Below are positions 14,401 to 26,613 of a stretch of DNA of 64,000 nt, in pieces. The stretch's first letter is position 1, and each line of letters begins with the position of its first letter. Both the position numbers and the translations under genes were made by a program. This DNA comes from Dipteris shenzhenensis (lineage: Eukaryota). The notes under the pieces are model-generated. The model was not told the origin of the DNA, made no database searches, and saw only the letters and a program-made list of their open reading frames with translations. The stretch is taken from NCBI GenBank assembly GCA_047967505.1, contig CM106538.1, one strand, 5' to 3'.

Positions 14401-15937
14401 TCCAGCTCTGTTAAGAGTGGACACTGAAAGAAGATTTTTGGTTATACCAAGCACATATAAGACATCTGAAAGTCTGAAAATTGAGCCATCAATGGCAGTG
14501 AGCTTAACATCTCCTGTGCCACGTACTGAATATGATGAGTTGTTGGCACAAGTGACTTTCTTACCAATGGGAGGTGGATGCAAGGAAGTAAAAAGACACT
14601 TCCTAGAAGTGATGTGCTTGGATGCACCGCTGTCAAAATACCAGTTGTTTAGTGTTTCATTGACACTGAAAGCAGATGCATCCGTAAAAGAATCATAACT
14701 GCAAGTCAAAAATGCATATGTATCATTGCAAGTGGCTGTACTATCCCGAGCATCTTGAACAGCCAGCCTAGAATCTGAAATGCAAGATAAAAAGGCATAA
14801 TCCTGTCCAACAAAGTTGGCTGCAGCATCCCCACTGTTAGATGCATGAGGAGCTGAATCTGAAACAACCATTCCGGAGCTGTTTTTCTTCTCTTTTGCAA
14901 GCCTTTTCCTGCATTCTGCAATGAGATGACCTGGCTTTTTGTAGCAGTGACAAAAACCCTTCTTCTTGGGCTTACTTGCATCATTTTTAGCCTTTTGTGA
15001 AGGCTGTCCTGACCCACTGGAAGACTGATTTACTAATGTCTTTGCCTGTCCTTTTGTTTTTTATTTAAACTTTGAGAGCATGGCTTGTTCACCTGCACGT
15101 GAAGCCAAAGTTTTCCTGGTCTGCTCTTCCTAAAGCAGAAGTCCTATCAACTCATGAAAAGTGAGGATTTGCAGCCCCCCTCAATGATAAGTTCAGCAAG
15201 GTATGAAAACTGAGATAAGACTTAGGAAGAGAATTCAGAGTGGTTGTAATCATCTCTGAATCAGGAATAATTTCATCTATATTTAGCAATTGCTCTCTGA
15301 GATCCTGTAGCTTTGTGAGGTGGACTGACATGGAGTCACCCTCTTCCATATGTGTATGACTTAACTCTCTTTTCAAGAAGAATACCCTTGCATCATTCCG
15401 AGCTGCATACATGCTTTCTAAAATATCCCACGCTGCCTTGGAGGTCTTACACGACCGGATATGCGGAATGATAAATCTTTTCATTGAAAGAGACATGCAT
15501 GACAAAGCTAAGGCATCCCGTGAATCCCATCTCTTCTGATCTGGAGTAGTGGCCATGGCTGCACCAACAACTTGTTCTGCAGCTGCCCCTTGTGCACGAC
15601 CTCTTCCATCTCCTTGCTGAGGAGGGGTATTAGGTGCCATACCCGCTGGTCGGATCTCACCCCCATTCACATAATCCCATAAATTGCGAGAAATCAGAAT
15701 ATTGCGTACCATAAAACTCCAGAGGGAGTAGTTGGTACCATCCAACTTGTCTTCCTGTGAAAGACCACCGAACTGGAAGTCATTCTGATTTTGCTGGGCC
15801 ATATCTGAGAAAGAGATTTAAGCAGATACAAAACTGAATTCCTTTACTGGGAATGAAATGCACAACTCCCAAAAAACACAGCCAAGCACCGGCTGTAAAT
15901 GCAACTCAGATTTCTGTACTTGCGCTGTCCCTCACCT
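11440..15937 (-). mobile_element. Ty1/Copia internal region (gag-PR-INT-RT-RH) without LTRs
   Basis: Gag 15152..15802 (KLDGTNYSLW); protease WYFDSGASKH; LWHARYGH...CEGC; integrase LRTDRGGEY, TPQQNGKAERKNR; RT LYVDDLL; RNase H YSDSDWAG...ADIFTKAL. PPT AGGGGGG plus TG at 11440-11448. Several frameshifts. Confidence 0.92.
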
Positions 15938-18317
15938 ATAAGGAAGGACCTATTTTAGTTGAAGATGTGGAGATGAAGAAAAAGTACTAGAGGATGCATT
16001 TGTTTTACACTTTGATGGATCTTACAAAAAAAGTTTAAATAAAAGTACAGGAGGAATTGTCATTTATGATCCTGGAGGAAAGGAGATTCGGAAAATGGGA
16101 ATTCGGCTCGAAGCTAGCAGTAATAATGAAGCTGAATATGCAGCCCTCTTCGAAGGTTTGAAAGTATGCATTAGTCTAGGTATTAAGAGACTCATGATTA
16201 AGGGAGATGCTCTGTTGGTTGTGAAGCAAATTTTAGGTGTCTAGAGGGTTAAGCATGTTCATTTGAAGAGATGGATAAGTGCGGTGAAGAAACTTTTAAA
16301 TTGATTGGATGCTTGGACACTCTAGCATATTGAAAGAGGTAAGAATGTAAAGGCATATGATGCTGCGCAGGAAATTACAGCAGCTTATGTTGATGCAATA
16401 GGAGTGCGGAAGCCCTTATACAAAGGAAGGGAGACATTGGCTTGTGAGGAAAGCTTCCTGTTAACTGGTAAAGTGCCTGAAGAAGTTCCAAAACAAAGAA
16501 AATACAGAATTATTAAAAGCTGTACTTCTTATTGTCTGATAGATGATGTTCTTTACATGAAAGGGGCTGATCTGGTGCTTAGAAGAATTCCCTGGCATGA
16601 GGAAGCTTTTCATATTCTACAAGCTAATCATGAGGGAGTATGTGGAGGACATTTTGCTTTCAAAATCATGCTGAGGAAAATACTTACAGAAGGGTATGTG
16701 TGGCCATCCCTCCAGAGAGACATAAGACATTGGTGCAGGTCATGCCTATAGTGTCAGCAGATGAGTAAGAGGATCTTACATCCAGAACTCAGAAATATCA
16801 TGCTTGCTTATAATATTTTTGAGAAATGGGGAATAGATGCCATCGGTCCTCTACCCATGACAGCCAGGGGAAATTGTTATGTGCTGACAGCTGTGCATTA
16901 TTTGACGAGATGGGCTGAAGCACGAGTAGTATAGGCTGTCAATGCGAAATTTGTATGTAAATTTGTGTATGAGGATATCTGCTGTAGATTTGGTGTGCCA
17001 CTGGAGTTGCTTTCTGATAGAGGTCCAGGTTTCAGGAGTGAACTGATGAATTTAGTATGTGGAAAGTTGAAGATTAAACACAGATATGCAAGTCCCTATT
17101 ATCCCCAATTGTAATGGGATGAATGAAAAATTTAATGGTGTGTGTACTAATATCATGGGAAAGATCATGAGAACACATGAGAAGGAGTGGGACCTTGCTT
17201 TGCACTGGGCTTTATGGGCTTACAGAGTTGCAATAAAAGAAGGCACCTAGTTTTCACCATTTCATCTTGTTTACAGGAAAGAAGCTCTATTACCCTTGGA
17301 AGTAGAAATTCCTGCATTACAGATGTTAATGAAGATAAACGAGGATTCAAATTCTACTTTCTAGAACCGGTTATTGGATTTGTAGGAAGCACAACTAGAC
17401 AGACAAAAGGCGGTGGAACATTATGCTTTAATTCAAGAGGAGAATCAGAAGAGAGCAAACAAGAAATTCAAGGATAAGAAAATCGAGGAGGGTGATCTAG
17501 TTTTGAGATACAACAGTAGTTTGGATTCTACCTTCAAGAAGAAATTTGTGACCAAATGGGATGGACCTTTTCGTGTGACGAAGAAATTCAAAAATGGCTC
17601 ATAGATGTGGATTCTGCTTGGGAGATACTGGCTAGTATTAGTGCTTGGCAGATCTGGAGGGCCAGATCTGCCAAGAGGCCTTAGATGGATCACAAGTCCA
17701 CCCTCCTCATACATTGTCCAGTTTTTGGGTTGATACCATTCACACTCTCATAGCTAGTTGGGTGAGCAAGGGTCCTCCTGGTCAGCATCTGCCAGAAGGG
17801 TTATATTCCTTACGGAATGGAGGGGCTTCCCCTTTTTCTCAGAGACTACATCAGGTTGAGGTGGCATTTTCAGCCTCACCCTTGGTTTCTGTCCAACTCT
17901 TTTTGAGTTTTTCTTTACTCTTCTAGAGTGCATCATGTTTACCTCATCGAGCTTGCTCACGTGGGTTTTTTCATACTTACTAGAAGTCTCTTTCATGAAA
18001 AAAAGAGAGGATGAGAAACAATGATTCTAACTCTGGATACCCCATCAGCTATGATTGTCTCCGTTGCAAAAGAAGGCAAATCAAGGAGGGGGAATCTCTA
18101 TGACCTACCCAAAAAATGCTCCAATCTAGGCAAGGAGTCTATGATAAACCTAAGGAAGACCGGGGAATCTGATGAATAGTGAAGTGACCCGTCTGTCCTC
18201 CTCTACCGGCTCAAAACCCAGAATTATAATGTGAGAAGATTCCTTATGGAACCAAGTGCCAAAAGACTAGCCCTTAACACAGTGCTCACGAACTCTGGAG
18301 AAAGAAAGGAAAAATGG

Positions 18318-18555
18318 AGAAAGAAAAAAAGTTTATTAAAGTATTCGGAAGACCGATGGGTCTATGAGACTGAAAAAACTGGTTCAAATGAGCTGTGAGG
18401 GTGGAACTACTAAACGAGCATGCACACCAATGCAGAAATGCAAAAAATGCAAAATAGTAGTACTAAGTACTAAGTATAACATAGTCATGTCAGTGGCCGA
18501 CTACATATCAATCTCAGCAGTGTCATCATCATCATCATCAACATCATCATAAGGA
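18318..18555 (-). mobile_element. 5'-truncated 3'-end copy (or SINE-like copy) of the RTEX-like LINE at 34103
   Basis: About 240 bp clearly homologous to 34103-34345, including the AATAAA, AGACC/GGTCT hairpin and T/C-rich tail. Confidence 0.8.
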
Positions 18556-19134
18556 CATCAAGGTGGGCAAGGCAGCATGAACCAAAAGCAACTTGGAAAA
18601 AACCTCGTCCCAATAGTCAAACATCTGAACGGTGGGGAGTGGGTTTGAATGAAGAGAAGAAAGCATCTAGTCCCTAGCTTGTGATTTGGATAAGACCAAT
18701 GGACACATGCAAATAGAGAGGTCAAGCTTTCCAACTCCACATCCTGCTTGGGCTGTAGCATCTTGTCTTTTGAAGAAGTAATGGTTCTCATGGCTGGTGG
18801 AAACAGTTCGGGATTGCCTGAATGGGGATCCATTTGACAATCAAAGTGGAAGGCTGACTCAAACACCAAAGAAACATCCATCGTAGAGGCTGAGAGAGGT
18901 TAGAGGATAGGGGCTGAGAGGGAGTGGGAGGGGCTGAGAGGAAGGGGATAGAGGGGCTGAGATAGAGGTGAGGGCTGAGGGAGTTCTTGAGGGCTTGTTT
19001 TGGAGCCTGAGATTTGCGGGTATTACACCTCAAAGTTGAAGAGCAGGTGCATTTTAAAAGCTAAAATTGCTGCTGTCAAAGGTCAAACTTCGGAGCAGAA
19101 ACCTGAAGCGGAAAATGAAATAGAAATATGAAAT

Positions 19135-19227
19135 TTGGAGCAGCTTGGGCCTGGAGCCAAAAAAAAAACTTGGAGCAGCTTGGGCCTGGAGCAGAAAAAC
19201 GAAATTTGGAGCAGCTTGGGCCTGGAG
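19135..19227. repeat. Three tandem copies of TTGGAGCAGCTTGGGCCTGGAG (35-36 bp period)
   Basis: Copies start at 19135, 19170 and 19206, with A-rich linkers. Confidence 0.9.
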
Positions 19228-20127
19228 AAAAAAATGAAAATTTTACATCAGCTTGTTAAACCATTCCTGGAGATGTGAGGGAGGCAAGGAGGCTGAGGAG
19301 ATGAGGGAATTCAGGTGAGTAAGGAGGGAGGGAGCACCATGGGGAGCAGGCTGTGGCTCCTATGCTGAAAGGTCTCTTCACCCTCATACCACCTCAGATT
19401 CAGTTTTGAGGATTCATTGTATGGGCAGATCAGCTGCTAGAGTTTTTGGTTTGTGCATTGTAGCAAGCGATGTGCATTTTGCAGCAATTTAGCTCAATCT
19501 TTGACTGTGAAAAAGGTATTCTAAACAAGATGTGGGTTATGCACCTAATTTTCCTCATCTATGTCTTAATGGGGATGCCTTAGTTTTTCCAATAAATTGA
19601 AGAGTCTGGCTAGTGGTTATTTGAACATGTGAGTGTGCAAAAGGTACTCTTAACAAGATTAGGAACCAAATTTTGGCTCACCTAAGCCTTTATGAGGTTG
19701 CGTTAATTTTTCCGATCATGTCCATGAATTGAACCCTGGCTAATGGTCAAAAAATTTATTTTGAACATGTGAGAAGAAGGAGCGGATGCTGCCCTATGGA
19801 TTCTAAGTGAATCACAAAATCAAGGCAAGGAAGGAGCTTTTGAATTACAAAGGAGTAAAAATGTTCCCAGATTCCTCTCAAAAAAACAAAAAAATGTCCC
19901 AGACAACATAATCAACCATTCCTTGCTCACATAATAATGAGCAAGAGGCTAAATTCACCATGGGATCATTTGCATGTTCGATCTGTTTTTTTTTTTTTTT
20001 GCCCCCCAAAAAAGAGACTTCTATTAAGTATTAAAGAAAACTGTTAGAGCAAGCTCCATACGGGAATACGGGATACACCATGTAATGCATGAAAAGCTCA
20101 AGAGCCAAAAAGAAAGGATTGGGGCTA

Positions 20128-20364
<237 letters not shown>

Positions 20365-20435
20365 TTACAATCAAAACTGCAGACATGGCTTACCACAAAA
20401 CAACAACAAACATAATTCAAAAGGTAGTCATGCAC

Positions 20436-20587
20436 CTTTCTTTGAGACTAATGTACAGACCATGTGGGCGCTGGAATATGGCACCATATTTTTGGCAGGC
20501 CTCACCAACTGTAGGTGTGTATACAACAGGAAGTAGCTCCTCAACGTGGTCAATTAAAACCTTATAAAACAATCGTTCATTCCGCTC
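20436..20587 (-). CDS. NADP-ME: NADP-malic enzyme exon (152 bp; [51 protein letters not shown])
   Basis: Contains the invariant malic-enzyme motif [12 protein letters not shown]. Acceptor ttgtAG|GAG, donor AAAG|GTgc. Confidence 0.95.
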
Positions 20588-21267
20588 CTACAAAGACAAA
20601 AATGTTGTTACATTGACTCTTACAAGACAAAAAACACTCTATTGGCTTATAGCCTTTACATTATTTTATTTCAGAGGTATTGCCATTAATAAATTTGCAA
20701 GTAGCCTAAACTTTGAATTCAAGTTTGCAATAGAAGCTATCAATAGTACTAAATCTCAAATAAATAAGTGTGGTAGTAAATCTCTAAGATAAGGAAATAT
20801 TTCTCTTTAGAACTATCCTTCTTTTTTAAATGATTTGAGGCACCATACAAGTTCTCATTTTGTATGTAAAGAAATGAACTAAGACTGTAAACTAACACCT
20901 TGCTAGAGGATAAGCACACTAGATATTCTTAAGCATCCTATCTTGCAGTCAATGCATACAATAAAGCTGAAGACAACTCCTCACAAACTCTTTTAAGAAG
21001 AAAAAAGTCCCATTGACTAATTTTTTGGCATAGTCACTCAATCTATGTGATTTTATTCCATTGATTGATTTTTTAATTTTTATTTTTTTATTTGTTTATT
21101 TATTTATTTTATTTTATTTTTGGGAGGGGGGGGGGGGGGAGTGACTTCTATCAAGCATGACCAAATTCCATACAAACATGATAAAATCCTATGTAAGCCT
21201 CATGCAAAATCATGCAGAAACAAAACGAGGCTGTTGTAACCACTCCAGAGAAAAAGAACCTCGCAAA

Positions 21268-21756
21268 CATAGTTACTAGGGAATGTCGTTCCCTAGTTGT
21301 GGAACGTTGGAACGGTGTTTTGTTTAGAAAGGGCGATGGAATGTTTATGGAGTGCCTGTCCTGTGGAACAGCACTCCATAATGTCTATGGAGTGCTTGTC
21401 TTGTGGATCGGCTATGGAATGTCTATGGAACATTTGGGGGAACATTCCCTATGCCATTCCCCAACCAGCAAGTCACATTAATCATATTTTTTGTGGGTGA
21501 AGAGAAATTTGACAAGGCTCAACTTGATCTCAGAGGCTTGAGCCTTGTCTCGTATGGATTTCCTTTTGTATGCTACTTGGCAAGTTATAATCTATTATCA
21601 ATGATCATTCACGATTCATCTATTTATAGAGTAGCGTGCTTGTTTATGGGTATGGTGATGTGGCATTCCCTTCCCGTTCTGGTTCCCTAGGATTGTGGCG
21701 TTCTTGTTCCCGAGGGGGTCGGGTTCCATTGGCGTACACATTCACTAGTAACTATG
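21268..21756. mobile_element. MITE / non-autonomous TIR element (hAT-like)
   Basis: 19-bp TIRs CATAGTTACTAGGGAATGT (21268-21286) and ACATTCACTAGTAACTATG (21738-21756), 1 mismatch. Many subterminal GGAAC/GTTCC motifs; no coding capacity; no intact TSD. Confidence 0.75.
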
Positions 21757-24700
21757 CTCATGGGCCTATGCGACAAAGTACAATCCAAAAAGTAACTCAT
21801 ACAATCTATTGTAGGCTGAAGCAAAGGGCTTGCTTAAGGGGCATTGCTCAGTGTTAAAGTGCTAAGCTAAGAGTCTCAAAAACTCATACACTCAAAGCTA
21901 ATGCTCCAAGTGCCATGGTGGCTCTCTGATGAGATGCAAAGATGTCTCGTATATGTGTCTGTTGAGTCATCTCTCGCTATGGCAAAGGGCATGGTCTTTG
22001 TGATCTCCATATCCGATGGACCCTATCAAGAGTGATACCTTGGCTCAAACCGTCTCTATTGTGTGTGCTCTGGCCAACCTCTACATCATGCGTGGCTTTG
22101 GCTCCACTGCTTTGTGCTGTCTATTCCTGCTGATCCATGCTTCTCCTCTTTCTCAACTCCAATATGTCCCGGGACTGCTGACTCAAATGCATTTAAGTCG
22201 GTAATTTGTCGCTGTGCTCAATATCTATCCTATGGTGTTGTCACCTTTTGTTGTTTGATTTGCTGCAACAAGGTCTTTATGATGTCACCGCATCTCCATC
22301 AAATCGAGGTTGACACAAACCTGGACATAGAAGTGAATCAGCCAGGAGAGTGGCCCAAACCCATGTCCGTCTTGAAAGAGGTAGTGGTATCATCCTTTGG
22401 ATCTCCTAGTAGATGGGGCAAGTATATAGGAAGAGCTCCTCTAACTCCACCTCTACCAATGTGCATAGCCTACAAATCCATTGCTCTTGCGGTGTGCCTA
22501 TGGCTCTCCCTGCCTCAATCCCCAGCTGATGGGACGAGACCCGCATCTTTCTGATGGCAATCCTCAATGCGTGTGAGACCCGTCTATCCTCCATACACTA
22601 CACTCTGATAATCACTCCATCCTTTGATACTCTCAGGAAGTAGCCATGATAGAACTAAATCTTGATGCTAAACCCTTGGTTCCCCCTACAAGTCTGTGAC
22701 ATATATAGCTGGAGTAGATCCAATCGCATGATATGGTTGATCTCATCTCATGGAATTCGGAGGGATGGGGCTTCCAAGCTGTACTGGAAGGGGGGGGGGG
22801 GGTCCATCTAAATACCCAGACTAGCAAACCATATGGATATGTGTGTGTACCACGCCATGGTAACCCCTCTCTTGGCTAGTCGTTTGGATGACACTAGTGC
22901 CAATCTCGGGAGTCTCCAACTAGATACGGCCCAAAACTTGTGAAGGTATGTCACCGTCTACAAGATGGCATCGATATGGAGTGGTGTCAAGGAAAACTCT
23001 ATCTGTACGATTTGATGAGGGACCAAGGGATTACTCTAAATCATCCTAGACCGCATAGTCACCTATAGCCTCTTGAATCTCCGTCAGTCAGCCGCCAATA
23101 GGTCACCCCCTAGAAGGGTATTGCATACATGGATGTCAGCCTTACAAGTGTATCAAAGAGCCATCCCTTCATCAAAGGGTCAAGGAAGTGTGCCTGAAAG
23201 CACTCTCCCTCTAGTCGATCCAGCGCACTTGCCCTTGTGTGAGTTGTGCCATGGTTGCATGAGTCATCATAAAGATTGGCCCTGTGAAGACTATCCCTAG
23301 GTAGATGTATGACTGCACGATCTCACTCACTCTCCTCGGTAGATGAAGCTGTGTCGATGAAGTACTACACGTGAGGTGTTGAAGATCATAACCTTGGTCT
23401 TGCCAAGGTTACTGTGAAGTCTCTCTCCCTACCAAACACCTCTAGTGCCTCTAGGTGTCTCTGTCACTAAAGAGGAGATAAGGACTACGTCATCTGTGTA
23501 CAATAGTATCTATATCATCACATCAGTAAGAAAGGATCCCTCCCCTCCTAGGCGATCAACGAAAGTCATGATCTCATCAATGTAGAGCCCATAAAGTATC
23601 GGTTAGAGAGAGCATACTTACTTTACTCCGAGATTGTGCTCTCAATCCAATCTAACAAGCCTCCAGGAACATGTACTCTCCCTCTAGCTAACTCATACAG
23701 AAGCATCACCCCCAAGATCATGTCTCCTGGGATATGCATCTCCTAGAGTCTCCTAATCATGCGGGCTCATGGGAATATGTCAAAAATCTTCCGAAAGTCT
23801 ACAAAGCAGGTGTAAACTTTATGTGATCTCGACCTCACCTCCTTAATGACGGCTTGTAAGGTGAAGGTGTGGTCAAGAGTGGAATGCTACCTCCCAAAAC
23901 CAGCTGTCCCAAAGCCCTTTGCCCATGTGCCCCTATGTAGGAGCAGTTTTTTCTCTCTAGTACCGATTCATAGATCTTTACTAGTGTGTGGCCAATCATG
24001 AGGGTGCGGTAATTCCTTGTGTCCATGGGGGCTCCTACTTTGTGTATTGGCACAATAGTGGTAGTACTCCAAGAAGGGGGGAAGTCATGGCATACTGCAT
24101 GGTTGAACATTTGCACCAAGATCGGAGCTAAAATCTCATGCCTATGTGCAAAATACTTAGTCCACAACCCCTTATGGTCTTGGGATTTCTGGTTGTGGAG
24201 CCGGCATAGTGTAGCTTGCATGTTCGGTGCAATGATCAAGATGGGGCCTGGGCTGAAAGGACATGTCAAGAGGTGCCTGGATTGGGACATCATAGAGTGA
24301 GGTTGCATACGTGTGCTAGATGACCGAATTTGTGATGGAAATAGGTAGCTTGCCCTCAGTGAGAAGCCCCCATGCAACGGTGGATGCCCTCCTCGAAAAG
24401 AACCGATCACTTCATCCATCCTATGCAACAGGAAATCCCGTCTCTTGCGGCGTGTCGAACGACGGAATATCCATTGCGCCTCAAGCGCCGTAAGGTGTCC
24501 CAAGGCCTCCTCACATATGAGATGGGATCTCATCTCTCGACACTCATCATCAAACCATGGGTTCAGGGGTATCTTTTCAGCTAGGGGACACACTGTAGAT
24601 TGAGTCGTGGTGGGAAAGATCTGGTTGCAGCAGTCTCAACCAATGATCCTAAAGTGTCTGAAGCATGGGCAAGGTTTGCATTATCTCCAAGGAAGGTCGG

Positions 24701-26613
24701 TAGCTCATGGGAAATAAAACACATCAAGGGCATGGTCAAATCGTATCTGAACATGGGTGGGGGCTGGTGGGTCTCGTCTTGTGGCTGGCATGTTGGTCGA
24801 TAAGTTGAATGTTAGATAGGAGTGGTCAGCACCAAGTGGGAGGGGAGAACTTGCGAGATCATATACATGTGATACAAAGGCTAAGTCTGGGAAGGCCATT
24901 ATATATGATCAAGTCATGCACTACTCCCATCTCCAGTAGGTGTCAGCCATATTCTGTGACTTGTGGTTCATCTTGAGTGCCTTGCTACCCCAAGCTCTGC
25001 TGGATCAATCTCTAGTACTCTAAGGGGGTCAGATATGAAGTCAAGCAACCCAATCCATCTACTCCCCGTACATGCATTGAAGTTACCCAGAAGGAGGATC
25101 TCCCCTTGCGTAGTGAGCTTTGTGATATCATTGTATATCGTCTCGTATGGGCTTTGACCCTCTGTGGTGATCTAATGCGCATATGATGTGTCTGGAAGGA
25201 AATAGCATAGTGCGATGAAAACCGAATGTGTGTCACGTGCCTGGACTCGTATCCACATGTGTCATGCAGCTCTTCCTTCCATATCACGGATATGAACGGT
25301 CTCATATGTGATCTAAAGAGAATTGCCACTCCTCCAGAGCCTCATATCTCACTGTCTCTTCTCATCTCCCTCCTATGAGCTGACTCCCAGGTGTGTCCTA
25401 TCACTTTGGGCAGCCCTCTCTTTGAGATCTTTGTGTCTCAGTGTAGAAAATCATGTCTCTATCGGTCATGTCTCTGAGAAGCCCCCTGGGTCAGGACCAA
25501 AGGATACCATTACAATTCCACACTGCCATACTCAATTTATTTTGTGCTCTCATCTCATGGATCCCTTCTTCCATTTTTTCCCTTTTCACTCTCTCTCGGA
25601 TAATCACTTTACCATCTCTGTAGGCAGCCTATCTCCCTGCTTGTCTTGCTGCCATCACATGCACCATCCCATCCCTCCGGTGCTCTTGCTATAGGAATGT
25701 CAGGTCATCATCCAAGTATCTCCTAGTTCCTTTCAAAGTTTCCCTCATGCTCATGAGGGTGGACCTGTCCATTGCAGTCTAGATTTCGTTACCAGTGGCC
25801 TTGCCGGCACCTCAGCCTTGCCCACTCTCCAAGCTATCTCATATGTGAGATTGACTCCCATCTTGGTGAACAAAAGTTTGGTGTCTCCCATGTTAGGCCA
25901 ACTGACCAAGACATTTAAAGCCTTACTGGTCTGTCTCTTTTCCTCCTCTAGGGCATCAATCCCTTTTCTATTACTTCTTTCCATTCCAGCATCTCCACTC
26001 TCCCTTTGGTGGGCTGTTGTGTGAATTCAGTGTGCTTCCCTTGCATGGTGGCCTGCATGGTTGCCATCTCTTTCTTGAGTTTTTCATTTTCCAATTTCAG
26101 ATCATCCATTGCTTTGTAGCCCCCCTCCGGTGCACCCTTCATGTCTTTGAGCTGCTGTAATTCAGTCCCCATTGCATGCATCTTGTCTTGGAGACTGGTT
26201 TTTCTAACTCCCATTCAACTTTTTGCTTCTCCCATTCATCTCTCTTGTTTTTCTCCTTTCTCCATTCATCTTGTATACGCCCCCCTTGCTTGATTTTGGC
26301 CTGGCCTGTATTTTATCCATGTGTGCTTTCTCAGCCAAGAGTGCAACATTGGAGGCTCTAGGCTATTAATCTTCTCAATCAAAACCAAGCAGATTTTATT
26401 GAGGTGAGCAAGGACATCAAATGTAGCTTTAGCTGATAGTCCTGCCATGTAAGCTGTTATAGCAATTTCCAAGGCCTACTTCCCCAACGTGCTTTCTCAG
26501 CCAGGAGTGCCATATTGGTGGCTATTAATCTTCTCAATCAAAACGAAGCAGATTTGATTGAGGTGAGCAAGGACATAAAATGTAGCTTTAGCTGATGTTC
26601 CTGCCATGTAAGC
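21757..26613 (-). mobile_element. Decayed RTEX-like LINE (copy B)
   Basis: C-terminal RVSSHQLGIEAGR...CRLC...E...F...CP (22406-22594); RT remnants 23400-24600; APE WNCNG at about 25510 and GNFNA at about 25080; coiled-coil ORF1 25700-26300; tandem monomers at the 5' end, interrupted by G2. Confidence 0.8.
26323..26613. repeat. Two tandem ~166-bp monomers at the 5' end of LINE copy B
   Basis: GTGCTTTCTCAGCC...CCTGCCATGTAAGC starts at 26323 and 26489. The second copy continues after G2 at 33413. Confidence 0.85.

Larger units (their letters stand above)
739..17604 (+). mobile_element. Decayed non-chromoviral Ty3/Gypsy of Tat/Ogre type (with additional RNase H), interrupted by G1 and by a Copia internal region
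   Basis: LTR-like end TTATCA at 8786, then PBS TGGCGATCCTACTGGGGA (8793-8810, resembling the tRNA-Arg PBS of Tat/Ogre). Gag from 9190 with CFNCGEWGHYRTHC; protease tail LILGRPWL; RT to about 11440; extra RNase H about 15990-16370 (LHFDGS...NNEAEY...IKGDA); integrase about 16550-17604 (GGHF...WGIDAIGPLP...SDRG). The 5' LTR start at 739 is a guess and no 3' LTR was found. Confidence 0.75.
17620..19360 (-). mobile_element. Decayed LINE 5' remnant (ORF1-like), related to 58340-59340
   Basis: 18666-18830 (-) aligns by eye with 58692-58852 (+): MDPHS...KDxxLQxKxDVELES...LGTRC. The partner copy runs into L1 ORF2 linker sequence. Boundaries are approximate. Confidence 0.45.

Noticed and set aside
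15920-15937. AGGTGAGGGACAGCG as the Copia PBS
   Set aside because: The position fits, but I could not match it to a tRNA 3' end or a known half-tRNA primer.
19135-19227. CRISPR-like repeat-spacer pattern
   Set aside because: The linkers are only 13-14 bp, A-rich and similar to each other. The context is a eukaryotic intron with no cas genes.
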